Shown piece by piece: positions 51,081-61,547 of a DNA stretch of 64,000 bases. A model generated the notes under the pieces. That model did no database searches, had not been told where the DNA came from, and saw nothing but the letters and a program-made list of their open reading frames with translations. Position 1 is the first letter of the stretch; each line of letters opens with the position of its first letter. The DNA is taken from NCBI GenBank assembly GCA_965249725.1, contig CBDFMQ010000002.1:928001-992000 (forward strand), written 5' to 3'. Source of the stretch: Longimicrobiales bacterium (GTDB lineage Bacteria; Gemmatimonadota; Gemmatimonadetes; Longimicrobiales; Gaopeijiaceae). A program made the position numbers and the translations under genes.

Positions 51081-52088
51081 CTAGTACCACTCTTCCGGCT
51101 TGGGATCGCGCTCCATGAGGTTCTGGAGCGCCTGCCTGGGTTGGGTCCCCAACACCAGGATCCCGTAGACCTCGGCCGCGATGGGCATCTCTACCCCGTA
51201 GCGTTCCGCGAGATCGTGCACCGCTTGAGCCGTCTTGACGCCTTCGGCGACGGCCGTCATGTCGCCGAGGATGGAGTCGAGCGATTCTCCTTGTCCGAGG
51301 CGATACCCCACGGTGCGGTTTCGACTCAGCGATCCGGTGCAGGTGAGCACCAGGTCGCCCATCCCGGCGAGCCCCGAGAAGGTGGTGGCTTGGGCTCCCA
51401 TGGCCACGCCCAGCCTACGAATCTCCGCCAACCCGCGTGTGACGAGCGCGGAGAGGGTGTTGTGTCCAAAGGCCAAACCGGCGGTCACGCCGGCTCCCAG
51501 CGCGATGACGTTCTTCAGGGCACCACCCAGCTCCACGCCGATCACGTCGGTGCTGGTATACACCCGGAAGTAGCCCGTTTGGAAGAGCTCCTGTACCTGG
51601 AGGGCCGCGTCCTCTGAGCGGCTCGCGACCGCCACGGCCGTCGGTGCTTCTTGAGCCACCTCGAGGGCGAAGCTGGGGCCGGAAAGCGCGCAGAAGTTCT
51701 CCATCTGAGTGGGTCTCAAGACACTCGAAAGGACCTCGTCCATACGCCTGAGCGTGGACGTCTCGATGCCCTTCGAGGCGCTCACGACGAGCACATCGTC
51801 CCTCATATGGGGCTCCGCCTCGCTCATCACGGAGCCGACGAACTGGGACGGGCTCACCGACAATACGACCTCCGCCTCGGCCAGCGCGGTCTCCAAATCC
51901 GCGGTGCACTCCAGATTCAGCGGGAGCTTGATGTCGGGAAGATAGGTCCGGTTCTCCCCCAGCCCCTGGATCTCCTCGGCGACCTCGGGTTCGTAGGCCC
52001 AGAGGCGTACGTCGCAACCCTTCTTGGCCAGGAGGGCGGCCAGGGCCGTCCCCCAGCTTCCCGCTCCGATCACCGCGACCCGCTTCAT
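51081..52088 (-). CDS. gpsA: NAD(P)H-dependent glycerol-3-phosphate dehydrogenase
   Basis: GAGSWGTALA, SKGIE, SGPSFA, GALKNV, GDLVLTC, SRN. Confidence 0.96.
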   Translation of the reverse strand: MKRVAVIGAGSWGTALAALLAKKGCDVRLWAYEPEVAEEIQGLGENRTYLPDIKLPLNLECTADLETALAEAEVVLSVSPSQFVGSVMSEAEPHMRDDVLVVSASKGIETSTLRRMDEVLSSVLRPTQMENFCALSGPSFALEVAQEAPTAVAVASRSEDAALQVQELFQTGYFRVYTSTDVIGVELGGALKNVIALGAGVTAGLAFGHNTLSALVTRGLAEIRRLGVAMGAQATTFSGLAGMGDLVLTCTGSLSRNRTVGYRLGQGESLDSILGDMTAVAEGVKTAQAVHDLAERYGVEMPIAAEVYGILVLGTQPRQALQNLMERDPKPEEWY

Positions 52089-52732
52089 GCCGAATCCCCT
52101 TCCCCGGCGGACGGAGCCGGAGGCGATGCCTCGGCCTTCCTGAAGCTGCTCTCCTCACCCCTCATCAATCGACCGATGTTCGAGCGGTGTGACCACATCA
52201 CGAAGACGGCGAGGCCTGCGGAAAACCACACGGTGGTGGTTCCGCCCTGGTGAGGCGTGAAGTAGACGACGGCAGGCAAGACCACGGCCGCGGTCAGCGA
52301 AGCGAGCGATACGATCCGCGTCGCCAGCACCGTAACCATCCAGACCGCCAAGCCGCCGAGGAGGGCAACCGGCGCCACCGCGAGGAAGACGCCTCCTCCG
52401 GTGGCGATCCCCTTCCCGCCCTTGAAGCCGACCCAGAACGAGAAGACGTGTCCGATGATGGCCGCGCCACCGTACGCCAAGGCCCACGCCCACGCGACGT
52501 CTCCACCGATCTGTGGGAAGTACCAAGCCGGGAACCAACCCTTCAGGACGTCGACGATGATGACCGGCAACGCCGCCTTCCAGCCCAGCACCCGGTAGGT
52601 GTTCGTGCCTCCCAGGTTGCCGCTTCCCTTGGTCCGCAGATCGATCCCATACACGCCCTTCGCGACCACGTGACTCGTGGGCGTCGCGCCGGCCACGTAG
52701 GCCAGTGCCAGAAGCACGTATGGGTTCACCAA
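52085..52732 (-). CDS. plsY: Glycerol-3-phosphate acyltransferase
   Basis: GSGNLG.TN, D.LKG, GH, FKGGKGIAT, HRSNI.RL. Confidence 0.95.
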   Translation of the reverse strand: MVNPYVLLALAYVAGATPTSHVVAKGVYGIDLRTKGSGNLGGTNTYRVLGWKAALPVIIVDVLKGWFPAWYFPQIGGDVAWAWALAYGGAAIIGHVFSFWVGFKGGKGIATGGGVFLAVAPVALLGGLAVWMVTVLATRIVSLASLTAAVVLPAVVYFTPHQGGTTTVWFSAGLAVFVMWSHRSNIGRLMRGEESSFRKAEASPPAPSAGEGDSA

Positions 52733-52734
52733 GA

Positions 52735-54051
52735 TCAGTTCTCCCTGAAGCGGATCCGGATGGGACTTCCCATGAACACCCAGCGATCTCTGAGACTGTT
52801 ATGGACGTAGCGAATGTAGTGTTCGGGCAGGGCCTTCGGGAGATTGACGAAGAAGATGAAGGTCGGAGGAGCAACCGACACCTGAGTGCCGTAGCGGATC
52901 TTGATCCGGCGACCGCGACTGTGCGGGGGCGTCTGATGACGCAGCAGGCCCGCCAGAGCCTCGTTGACGTCGGGAGTCGCGATTCTCCGGTGCCTCTCCT
53001 CCTGCACGTCGAGGATCATGTCGAGCGTCTTTCTCACCCGCTGCCCAGACAGGGCCGACGTGAAGATCACCGGAATCCATTTGAGGAACGGCGTGCGCTC
53101 GTGGAGATCCTTCTCGAACTGCGCAGCCGTCATGGTGTCCTTCTCGACCAGGTCCCACTTGTTCGCCACGATGATGACACCGGCTCCGGACTCCCAGGCC
53201 TGCTCGGCGACCCTGAGGTCCTGTACATGCAACGGTTCCGTGGCGTCGATCAGCACCAGACACACGTCGGCCTCGCGCACCACCTTGCTGGTCCGCAGAG
53301 CCGAATAGTATTCGACCGAGTCCTTGACCTTCGATTGCCGGCGGAGCCCCGCGGTGTCCACGAACACGAAGGTCTTGCCGTGATACTGGAGCGGAGAGTC
53401 CACCGGATCTCGGGTCGTACCCGCCACCTCGCTCACCACAACCCGGTCTTCATTGAACAGGCGGTTCACCAAGCTCGACTTACCCACGTTCGGCTTTCCG
53501 ACCACGGCCACGCGGATCACATCCTCGTCCTCTTCCACCTCCTCGGGTTCAGGCAGGTGCTCGACCATAGCATCCAGCAGGTCACCGGAGCCCTTCCCCG
53601 AAATCGCGCTTACCGGAAGCGGATCGCCCATACCCAGGCTCCAGAAGTCGAGGTGGCCCTGGTCTCGAGGCAGGTTGTCCATCTTGTTCACGACGAGCAG
53701 AACCGGAGTGCCGCTCTTCCTCAGAATCTCGGCTAGACGCTGATCGAGGGGGTGGACCCCCGCCTTGCCGTCGACGAGAAAGAGAATGGCGTCGGCCTCG
53801 GCGACCGCGGCATACGCTTGCTCTCGGATGGCCCGCTCCAGCGGCTCGTCGCTGCCCTCGATCACCCCCCCGGTATCCACCAGGAAGAAGTGGTGACCGG
53901 CCCAGTCGGCCCGGCTGAAGTTCCGATCTCGGGTCACCCCGGGTTCGTCGTCGACAATCGCGACCCGCCCGCCGATCACCCGATTGAAGAACGTGGACTT
54001 GCCCACGTTGGGCCGACCAACGACAGCCACAACGGGCATCCCCCTACTCAT
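52735..54051 (-). CDS. der: Ribosome biogenesis GTPase Der
   Basis: Two G domains (GRPNVGKS, GKPNVGKS; DTGG, DTAG; NKMD, NKWD). Confidence 0.96.
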   Translation of the reverse strand: MSRGMPVVAVVGRPNVGKSTFFNRVIGGRVAIVDDEPGVTRDRNFSRADWAGHHFFLVDTGGVIEGSDEPLERAIREQAYAAVAEADAILFLVDGKAGVHPLDQRLAEILRKSGTPVLLVVNKMDNLPRDQGHLDFWSLGMGDPLPVSAISGKGSGDLLDAMVEHLPEPEEVEEDEDVIRVAVVGKPNVGKSSLVNRLFNEDRVVVSEVAGTTRDPVDSPLQYHGKTFVFVDTAGLRRQSKVKDSVEYYSALRTSKVVREADVCLVLIDATEPLHVQDLRVAEQAWESGAGVIIVANKWDLVEKDTMTAAQFEKDLHERTPFLKWIPVIFTSALSGQRVRKTLDMILDVQEERHRRIATPDVNEALAGLLRHQTPPHSRGRRIKIRYGTQVSVAPPTFIFFVNLPKALPEHYIRYVHNSLRDRWVFMGSPIRIRFREN

Positions 54052-55333
54052 GTGCCGTCGCTTTAAGCGTGCCAAGGCACTCCAGCAGCTCGTATCCGGT
54101 CACCACCTCTGCCGGTGCCAGCGCCGCGCGGAGCTCCTCAATCGGAAGGCTGTCGATGAACAGGTCGTCGGCATTGAGCGCTTCTGCCGGCAGCAGAATG
54201 ATCTCGTCTTCGTGCGTGTCACCCACAGCCCGTTGGATGTCCCGACCTCCGAGAAGACCCGCGACCGTCACGCTCTCTCCGTAAAACTCGTTCACCACGC
54301 CGACCACCTGCACCGTGGAGCCGGTGGCGTCGGAAAGCCTGGGCGCCCTGTCACGGAACAGGCCCTCCATACTCAGACCCGTCACGATGCGAATCGTGCG
54401 TCCCGGAATCGCGGGTGCGTAAGGAAGTCCCCTCTCGAACTCGCGCACGAACCGGTTCAGGGCTCCCACCCCGTTCTCGGTCAGGGAGCCTTCGTCGTAG
54501 TACTCGTCGTCGGGAAAGTCACCGCCCGCGATCAGGTACATCTCGTCCGCGGAGTAACACCATCCCCGGCCCCTCTCGCGTAGGGCCTTCTCCCTTACGC
54601 GATCCACCTGGCCGATCGCCGTGACGGCCTGTTCGCGAGTCAGCAGGGAGACCGGGCGCCCCAAGTTGTACTTGGTGAGCCCCACAGGTACCACGGACAG
54701 CGATCGCACGCCCTCCCCGAGGTCGTAGAGATCCGCCATGGTCCGGTCCAAGTGCTCTCCGTCGTTCCAGTCGGGGCACAGCACGACCTGGGTGTGCACC
54801 TCGAGGCCGTTGTCGAGCAGGTAACGAAGCTGCTCCATGATGAGCCCGGCCCGGTTGTTCACGAGCAGGCGTTCGCGCACCTCGGGTTCGGTGGCATGCA
54901 CGCTCACGTAGAGCGGGCTGATCCTCTGCTCCACCAAGCGCTCCATGCCCTTGGGGCCCACGTTGGTGAGCGTGACGTAACTCCCGTAGGTGAATGAGAG
55001 CCGGAAGTCGTCATCCCTGAGCCACAGCGTATCACGCACGTCCTTGGGATTCCCATCGATGAAGCAGAACACGCACTTGTTTCCGCATTCACGAATCGTG
55101 TCGGGGGCCGGCACGATACCGACCGGCTCGCCGGGCTCACGCTCGATATCGTAGAATACCGAGTCCCCCTCGGGATTCACGGTCTCGAGTTCAAGCGCGC
55201 TGTCGGCCAACAGGAAGGTCAAATCGATGCCGTCGCGGACTCGCTGCCCGTTGATCCGGACGATACGTGTCCCGATCTCCAGGTGGAGCTCGTCTGCAAT
55301 GCTGCCGGCTTCGATTTCTGCGATGCGTACCAA
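54044..55333 (-). CDS. DUF512 / PDZ radical-SAM-like protein
   Basis: C.NKC.FCF.D, RDDDFRLSF..GSYVTLTN, ENGVG; start inferred at TTG 55333. Confidence 0.88.
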   Translation of the reverse strand: MVRIAEIEAGSIADELHLEIGTRIVRINGQRVRDGIDLTFLLADSALELETVNPEGDSVFYDIEREPGEPVGIVPAPDTIRECGNKCVFCFIDGNPKDVRDTLWLRDDDFRLSFTYGSYVTLTNVGPKGMERLVEQRISPLYVSVHATEPEVRERLLVNNRAGLIMEQLRYLLDNGLEVHTQVVLCPDWNDGEHLDRTMADLYDLGEGVRSLSVVPVGLTKYNLGRPVSLLTREQAVTAIGQVDRVREKALRERGRGWCYSADEMYLIAGGDFPDDEYYDEGSLTENGVGALNRFVREFERGLPYAPAIPGRTIRIVTGLSMEGLFRDRAPRLSDATGSTVQVVGVVNEFYGESVTVAGLLGGRDIQRAVGDTHEDEIILLPAEALNADDLFIDSLPIEELRAALAPAEVVTGYELLECLGTLKATAHE

Positions 55334-55468
55334 AGGAGGGGGCCTCTGTCGGGAGGGAGGTCGGAACCATAGGAATCTCAACAAATTCGTCCAATTATGG
55401 TACAGGCCGGATGAAATCGTTCGGTAACGGCAGGAACCACCTGGGGAGCAATTGCGTAGATTGGGCAC

Positions 55469-56866
55469 ATGAGCACTGAACGAGACCGAACAGACCAGGA
55501 CCGGGCGAGAGTGTGGCGTAACGCCGCGCCCCTCGCTGCGCTCCTCGGTGTCCTCCTGTCTGCGGGGTGCGGCGAACAGGTCGATCAGATTCGCAACGAG
55601 TTCCGCGATCTGACGCCACATGAGGCCTACTTCGAGTCTCTTCGGGCCGTCGGTCTCTCCGAGACCGCGCTGGGTACGGCCTGGTCCGAGGCGGCCGCTC
55701 GCTCCCTCGACGAAGCGCCGACCGTTGGTCTTCCCTACGAGGAAGAGGGATTCCTCTTCCCGGAGTCTCCGGGGGCCCGAAGCTACCTGGTGGAGCTTCG
55801 GCGCGGTCAGCGGCTCTCTCTGGACGTCGAGTTGGACGGCGATGGCCCCACTCGGCTTTTCCTGGACATCTACCGCATGCAGAGTGATTCGGGGCGGGCT
55901 CCCCTTCCTGTCCTGTCCTCCGACTCGGTACGGGGCGCGGTGGACTATGTAGCCAGTCGCCGTGCGAGCTACGTGGTACGCCTGCAGCCGGAGCTCCTGC
56001 GTGGCGGCCACTACCGTGTCGTCTTGAGGGCGGACGGTTCGATGGCCTTCCCGGTGGAAGGGCGCAACACGCGCGCCATCCTCAGCGTCTTCGGTGCGGA
56101 CCGCGATGCCGGACGACGACAGCACCACGGCGTGGACATCTTCGCACCTCGAGGCACCCCGGTCTTATCGGCCACTCCCGGTCGCGTCTCTCGCGTTCAG
56201 AACACCGAGATCGGTGGCAAGGTGGTTTGGGTACGTGATTCCGAGGAGCCCAACTCGGTCTACTACGCCCACCTCGACAGCCAGGTGGTGCAGGCCGGCG
56301 CCAAGGTGACTCCGGGCACCCTGCTCGGGTTCGTGGGCAATACGGGCAATGCCCGCACCACGCCTCCGCACCTCCATTTCGGAGTGTACCGGCGACGTGA
56401 GGGACCGGTAAACCCCTATTACTACCTCTTCAAGCCGTCACAGGACCTGGTGGCGACCACGGCCCCCGTGGATCACCTCGGCTCGTGGACCCGCACGGTA
56501 AATCAGGGAATTCGCCTGAGAGGCGGTCCGAGCCGCCGAGCGGCCGTCGTGGCCGAACTCGAGGAGCACACGCCGGTGCGTGTACTGGGTGCTGCCGGTT
56601 CATGGTACCGGGTCCGGCTGCCCAACGGCCAGGTCGGGTTCGTGGCCGCCAGGCTGACCGAGGCCGTGAACGAGCCGCTCCGCAGCCAAGTGGTGGCGCA
56701 AACCGCTGCCTTGGTGAGCGGCCCGAGTGAGAGCGCCCCGCTCATGGAGGCCGTCGAGGCCGGCACCGGTGTTTCGGTGCTCGGCACCTTCGATGGCTTC
56801 CTGTATGTGCAGTCCCCGGGCGGAAACACTGGCTGGATGGCCAGCGAGCCCACCACGTTCCCCTAG
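55469..56866 (+). CDS. M23 family metallopeptidase lipoprotein with SH3-like domains
   Basis: SAGC lipobox; HHGVD, YYAHL, PHLHF; C-terminal WY.V....GQ.GF repeats. Confidence 0.9.
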   Translation: MSTERDRTDQDRARVWRNAAPLAALLGVLLSAGCGEQVDQIRNEFRDLTPHEAYFESLRAVGLSETALGTAWSEAAARSLDEAPTVGLPYEEEGFLFPESPGARSYLVELRRGQRLSLDVELDGDGPTRLFLDIYRMQSDSGRAPLPVLSSDSVRGAVDYVASRRASYVVRLQPELLRGGHYRVVLRADGSMAFPVEGRNTRAILSVFGADRDAGRRQHHGVDIFAPRGTPVLSATPGRVSRVQNTEIGGKVVWVRDSEEPNSVYYAHLDSQVVQAGAKVTPGTLLGFVGNTGNARTTPPHLHFGVYRRREGPVNPYYYLFKPSQDLVATTAPVDHLGSWTRTVNQGIRLRGGPSRRAAVVAELEEHTPVRVLGAAGSWYRVRLPNGQVGFVAARLTEAVNEPLRSQVVAQTAALVSGPSESAPLMEAVEAGTGVSVLGTFDGFLYVQSPGGNTGWMASEPTTFP

Positions 56867-56897
56867 GGGAGCGTCCTCCTTGGAAGGGAGGGTCTCC

Positions 56898-58022
56898 TTG
56901 GACCTCCGCGATCGGCTGGAGGCGGCCCAGGAGCGGGGTGAACTCCCCGCGATCATCGCCCGGCACAGAATCGACGGCCCCGGCTCTACGTTGGACATGC
57001 GGGAATTCCAGCAGGGACTCTGGCGCCCTCCGACCTGGCCCGACGACCTCGACTCCGATCCTACCGCGGCGTGGAGCGCCGATCTTCCGCGCACGATTTG
57101 CCTGACGATCGACACCGGCACGCGGATCGAGGCGCATCCGTTCGAAGCAGGCCTGATCGCCGTCCGCTCCTCTGAGTACGACACCCAAGTAGTGGGTCGC
57201 GCCGGGCAGGTCGCCGCCACTCAGGAAAACTGGTTGGTCAAGGCGATCGATGCGTTCGGCCTGAGCGGGGTGGCGTTTCATCTACACAGTCTGCGTGCAG
57301 GGCTGTTGTCGGCGGGCCTCGGCGGCTCGGCCACGGCAATGACGGCCGTGTGCCTCTTGGCCAATCGGTTGGCTGGGGACCCCATGGACGGCCCCCAGAT
57401 CGTCGGCCTCGCGTCCCGCCTCGAGCAGGACCTCGGTACAAGCCTCACCGGCACTCAAGAACAGTCCAACGTGGTTTGGGGTGGAGTCATGGACTACGTG
57501 TGGCTCCCGTGGGGAATTCCCGGTCAGCCTCGGCAAGGGCTCGGCACGTCGGTGCGCTACGAACTCGCTGCGCCGGACCGGTACGAACAGCTCTCGGAGA
57601 GGATGGCCCTCTTTCACACCGGCAAGACCCGGTTCAGCTCCACGGTGAACGAGACCTGGTGCGGCATGCTTCGCAACGAAGAGTCGTTCCCCAAACTGAC
57701 GGAGCTTCCGCGATATGCGTACGAGTATCGGGAGGGTCTGCGCTTGGGTGACTGGCCGCGCGTGATAGAGAGCATCCGGGGGTACAGGCAGATCCGGATC
57801 GATCTGGTGCCCCCCTACATGGCCGGAGCCGAAGAGCTGGCGGAGCACGTCGCAACGCAGGGTGCGGAAGCATTCCCTCTGGGAGCTGGAGGTGGGGGCA
57901 GCGTGTTGGTCTTCTCCCCCGATCCCGGCGCGCTCGACATCCTGCGCCCACAGCTGACCGGTAGTTACGACGAAATCCCCTTCAAGCTGATGCCTGAAGG
58001 GCATGAATTCGTGCACTGCTGA
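56898..58022 (+). CDS. GHMP kinase family protein (sugar-phosphate kinase-like)
   Basis: AGLGGSA nucleotide loop, G.QEQ, FHTGKTR.S, GAGGGG; GGGAGG RBS. Confidence 0.75.
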   Translation: MDLRDRLEAAQERGELPAIIARHRIDGPGSTLDMREFQQGLWRPPTWPDDLDSDPTAAWSADLPRTICLTIDTGTRIEAHPFEAGLIAVRSSEYDTQVVGRAGQVAATQENWLVKAIDAFGLSGVAFHLHSLRAGLLSAGLGGSATAMTAVCLLANRLAGDPMDGPQIVGLASRLEQDLGTSLTGTQEQSNVVWGGVMDYVWLPWGIPGQPRQGLGTSVRYELAAPDRYEQLSERMALFHTGKTRFSSTVNETWCGMLRNEESFPKLTELPRYAYEYREGLRLGDWPRVIESIRGYRQIRIDLVPPYMAGAEELAEHVATQGAEAFPLGAGGGGSVLVFSPDPGALDILRPQLTGSYDEIPFKLMPEGHEFVHC

Positions 58023-58067
58023 GATTGGCCGACGGGCGGTCGCCCGTCGCAGGATCCCCGGAAGGCT

Positions 58068-58379
58068 TTAGATCAGGAAGGGTGCGACCAACCCCGCCGT
58101 CGCCACGACCGCAAACCACATGGCGGGACGAGCGAACCAAGGTCGGAGTTCCCTGCGTACGTCAGTGAGCCGATGGGGATTGAGGGCGATGGCCATACGA
58201 CCTTCCTCATCCTTCTTGCCGTCGATGAGGCGGTCCTTGAGCAGAACGTTCACGGCCTCCTGATACTTCGTGGCCTTACCGCCGTACCCAGGCAGAGTAC
58301 TCGGCCGCGTATACCGTCCAGCGCCGTCGTCCTCGTGAATCTGATCCAGCGTTTTCAGAATGGTCTTCCGCGGTGACAT
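58068..58379 (-). CDS. Small hypothetical protein with C-terminal TM helix
   Basis: GAGGGG RBS; protein-like ORF. Confidence 0.65.
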   Translation of the reverse strand: MSPRKTILKTLDQIHEDDGAGRYTRPSTLPGYGGKATKYQEAVNVLLKDRLIDGKKDEEGRMAIALNPHRLTDVRRELRPWFARPAMWFAVVATAGLVAPFLI

Positions 58380-58522
58380 GTGCCCCTCATGGTCCAGTTT
58401 ATCGTCAACCCGTCCACACTACGAGATCTTAGTCCCAGAAGTTTTGCAGGTTCCAAGATCTTAGACGGCAGGGCCTCGGGATCGGTTGCAGAGCCATACG
58501 CCGGCAGCCCTGGGACACCCGT

Positions 58523-59650
58523 TTAGAGGCCCCAGACCTCGCTATCCGGGGCGAACGTCATCCAGGCGAACCAGAATGACACATAGGCGTCTCGGACCTG
58601 CTGGAGCGCCTTCCCCTCCATCGCTCCCGAGAGTCCTGCACCGGCCAGGCTCCATTCGCTGCCCGTCTCTACATCGTAGTAGCCGCCGTCTCGGACCTCG
58701 AACGTCAGGCTCTGGCCGTCGACGGAATTCCAGAACGCGAGGGCCGACTGGGCGTCACCACTCCAGAACACCACGACGGGGTCTCCCTCGACCGTCTCGT
58801 GAACGACTTCCGGCTGATCCAGATGGAGGAGGCCGAAGGGAAAGACGATGCCTCCGCCTGATGCGAAGGGAATGCCCAGTACGCGTTCCTTCGGAGGACG
58901 ACGGTCGTCGAACGCGGGGTTGGGATAGATGGTCCCCTCGTGTAGACGCTCGTAGGCGCCATACGGGTACGCCTGATAATCACGATCGAACCCCGTGGTG
59001 CCGGAGATCACTTTCGTCTGCGGGTGAAGCCTCACCCAGGTGCCCCACTCCACCTCGACCGACGGGTACATCTCCAAAGCATGCCCGTCCCGGGGTCCGC
59101 ACCGTGCCTGCCGCATCATCTGCGGCCACAGCGAGGTCTCTCCACCGCCGGTTCGGTCGTACATGATCAGGTTGTTGTTGAACAGCAGGCCCGACACCCC
59201 GAACTCGACCCCTTCCGCCGAGGTCCGATCGAAGGCGATGCTCGATCCCGTGAGGGGACAGTACGTCACAGAGAGTTGAGGCTCGAGGTTGTTGAAGTTC
59301 ACGATCTCGTGCCACCAGAGAATGTTGTGGGGAATCGCGATGTACTCCCCGTTCACCTCGATTCCGATGATCCGGTCGTCGGGTCTCAGGTACGTAGCGT
59401 CGGAGTCCGTCGACTGGACAAGCACGGGATCCGAGAGCGCGGGAATGCCGTCCCTACCGACGCCGCCGGAGTAGATCTGCCCGTCGGGAATGCTGCACAG
59501 CCCCACCTCCTCGTACCGGACCCCCAAGGTCCCCGGGAAGAACGGTTCGTCTCCGCCGGAACACGCGAGGGCCACCATCGTGCTCGCGAGAACCACGACG
59601 CGGCGCAAACGGCGGAGTGGTGAAGACTTCGTTGTGGGACGAACCGCCAT
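58523..59650 (-). CDS. DUF3179 family lipoprotein (paralog of 10025..11152)
   Basis: Same motifs (RDGIPALSDP, PHNILWWHEIVNFN, TYCPLTGS, YVSFWFAW); ALAC lipobox. Confidence 0.87.
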   Translation of the reverse strand: MAVRPTTKSSPLRRLRRVVVLASTMVALACSGGDEPFFPGTLGVRYEEVGLCSIPDGQIYSGGVGRDGIPALSDPVLVQSTDSDATYLRPDDRIIGIEVNGEYIAIPHNILWWHEIVNFNNLEPQLSVTYCPLTGSSIAFDRTSAEGVEFGVSGLLFNNNLIMYDRTGGGETSLWPQMMRQARCGPRDGHALEMYPSVEVEWGTWVRLHPQTKVISGTTGFDRDYQAYPYGAYERLHEGTIYPNPAFDDRRPPKERVLGIPFASGGGIVFPFGLLHLDQPEVVHETVEGDPVVVFWSGDAQSALAFWNSVDGQSLTFEVRDGGYYDVETGSEWSLAGAGLSGAMEGKALQQVRDAYVSFWFAWMTFAPDSEVWGL

Positions 59651-59767
59651 CGACTCGACCTGGATCAGAAGGTTGGCGTCAGGACTCTCTGAAACGAACC
59701 CGTCCACCCCTTGATCCAGTTCCCATCCACTGACCAACTCCCGAGCGCCAACCCCAGGGTCCGTCGG

Positions 59768-60183
59768 CTATGCGCCGTATGCCGACCCGCTGTCGGGCTC
59801 GATCCAACGACCCAGCTCGTCCTTGACGGCCTCCACCAGTTGCCCGAAGTCGGGAGGTTTCTCCAGATAGCGCCGCGCACCGAGGGAGTACGCGCGTCGG
59901 GCGAGTTTGGGATCGGAGGACGCCGTGAAAATGATCACCGGAATCTGGGAGAGCGCTCATCGTGCACGAGCCATTCCAGGATTTCCATACCGTCGGCATC
60001 AGGCAACGACAGGTCTAGTGTAATCAGGGCCGGAGCCGGCTCTTCCACCAGATAGGCACGTGCTTCTTCGGCACTGAACGCCACTTCGACCTGAGCGTAG
60101 GAGAGTCCTGTCGAGAAGACCGCCTCGATCAGGAGTACGTGATCAGGGTTGTCCTCAATCACGAGAATGGTCGCGTGGGTCAT
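59768..60183 (-). pseudogene. Single-domain response regulator with a frameshift
   Basis: ILVIEDN...LITLDLSLPD.DG.EIL; after a shift near 59950 the alternate frame continues QIPVIIFTASS...AYSLGARRYLEKP...*. Confidence 0.85.
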
Positions 60184-60322
60184 GGGGACCGGGTGTCCTC
60201 GGTTGGAGCCCATCCCCGGGGGGGCCTACTTTAAAGCTAGTAACCACCGGCTGTGGGCGCCAAAGGTCTCTTCGGCCACTGCGTCCACCGTCCGAACGCT
60301 CCACATACCGTACTGGAAGACG

Positions 60323-60568
60323 ATGAGCCCATACATATCGCAGGATCGTCGTCGTGAGATCGACGACGAAGGCGCGGCACCGAGCAACACCGGAGAACTC
60401 ACCTACGCGTTGTATCGGGCTTGTATCGACTACCTGCCCTCTGAGGCCCGCTACGCCGACTACGCGGAGGTCATGGCCGCCCTCGAATGCGCGAAGCTGG
60501 AGTTCTATCGCCGGCGAGTGGCTCCATACGAGGACACGAAGATCGCCGAGAGCGGCGACGTGGTCTGA
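60323..60568 (+). CDS. Small conserved protein (DUF6899-like)
   Basis: MSPYI....R, GELTY, Y......ALECAKLEFYRR.VAPYED.KI...GDV. Confidence 0.75.
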   Translation: MSPYISQDRRREIDDEGAAPSNTGELTYALYRACIDYLPSEARYADYAEVMAALECAKLEFYRRRVAPYEDTKIAESGDVV

Positions 60569-60684
60569 CCCCATGCTGTAACCCCCGCCGGACATGGCAA
60601 TAGCGGTTTGAGGCTTGGCGGAGAACCCAGTACTTTCCGGCCGGACTCTGTGGTAGAAGAGATGACCTTCCTTAAGGAGTCGAG

Positions 60685-61170
60685 TTGAGATCCCTCCTGT
60701 CCTTCTCGTCCGTCGCAGTTGTGACGGCACTCACGTTCGGTTGTGGAGGTGGGTCCGACCCGACCACGGTGATCACCCCGCCCCCTCAGGCGGACGATGC
60801 GCCGCCACCACCCCCCCCGACAAATATCATTGCTGCGGATTCGTTTGACGTAATCCCGTCGGGCGCGGTGGACTTCGACGATCCCGCTTTTCTGATATCG
60901 CGTGAGAAGCTAGGGACCGTGCCTGCCGGGGTGGTGCCGGGTGCAGGAAAGTTGCTGGTCCTCTCGTTGAGAGACCTGAATGATCCGAACCTAGTCTGTG
61001 GTGGGGGGAGCTGGAGTGATGCATGCTCCAGCATGGTTGTACTGGAGCAGGAAGGGATCGAACCCGGGCGGCGTCCCGGAAGGGTCGAGTTAAGCCTTAT
61101 GAGTGGGCGGAAGACCTGGTACCCACAGGCAGACACGGTCAGCTTGGCTGAGGAGCCTCCGCCCGGCTGA
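60685..61170 (+). CDS. Hypothetical lipoprotein
   Basis: TAAGGAG RBS; TFGC lipobox; Pro-rich linker. Confidence 0.65.
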   Translation: MRSLLSFSSVAVVTALTFGCGGGSDPTTVITPPPQADDAPPPPPPTNIIAADSFDVIPSGAVDFDDPAFLISREKLGTVPAGVVPGAGKLLVLSLRDLNDPNLVCGGGSWSDACSSMVVLEQEGIEPGRRPGRVELSLMSGRKTWYPQADTVSLAEEPPPG

Positions 61171-61381
61171 CCCGTTTTCCAAGTGGGCGGGTCCGCCCAT
61201 CGGTGGAGCGTGTTGCTCGATGACGACATCAGGCCGGGCACGGACTTCGTCGTACGTGTGACGGTCGGAAAGGCTACTGGCGCCCAGACCAAGGTCGGGT
61301 GGCAGCTCTCGATCGAAGAGCCGACGGTGGCGGCCGCGCCGGGCGAGGGTCACGACGACTGTTAGAGCTTTCTCTTGTCAA

Positions 61382-61454
61382 AGCGGGCGACCGGACTCGA
61401 ACCGGCGACCCTCAGCTTGGGAAGCTGATGCTCTACCAACTGAGCTACGCCCGC
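61382..61454 (-). tRNA. tRNA-Gly(CCC)
   Basis: Reverse complement GCGGGCGTAGCTCAGTTGGTAGAGCATCAGCTTCCCAAGCTGAGGGTCGCCGGTTCGAGTCCGGTCGCCCGCT; anticodon CCC. Confidence 0.96.
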
Positions 61455-61486
61455 GAAGGGCGTAATCTATACGGGCCCTAGGGGCC

Positions 61487-61522
61487 AAAAAAGGCCGGGC
61501 GCCCCATGGGGACGCCCGGCCT
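61487..61522 (-). terminator. Rho-independent terminator after the TPR gene
   Basis: Hairpin aggccgggcg..cgcccggcct followed by a T-tract on the minus strand. Confidence 0.8.
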
Positions 61523-61547
61523 CGATTCTGTTCGGCAGGCCGAGGTT

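Noticed and set aside
55334..56128. Long N-terminal extension of the DUF512 ORF
   Set aside because: Antisense to the M23 peptidase gene; the real start is near 55333.
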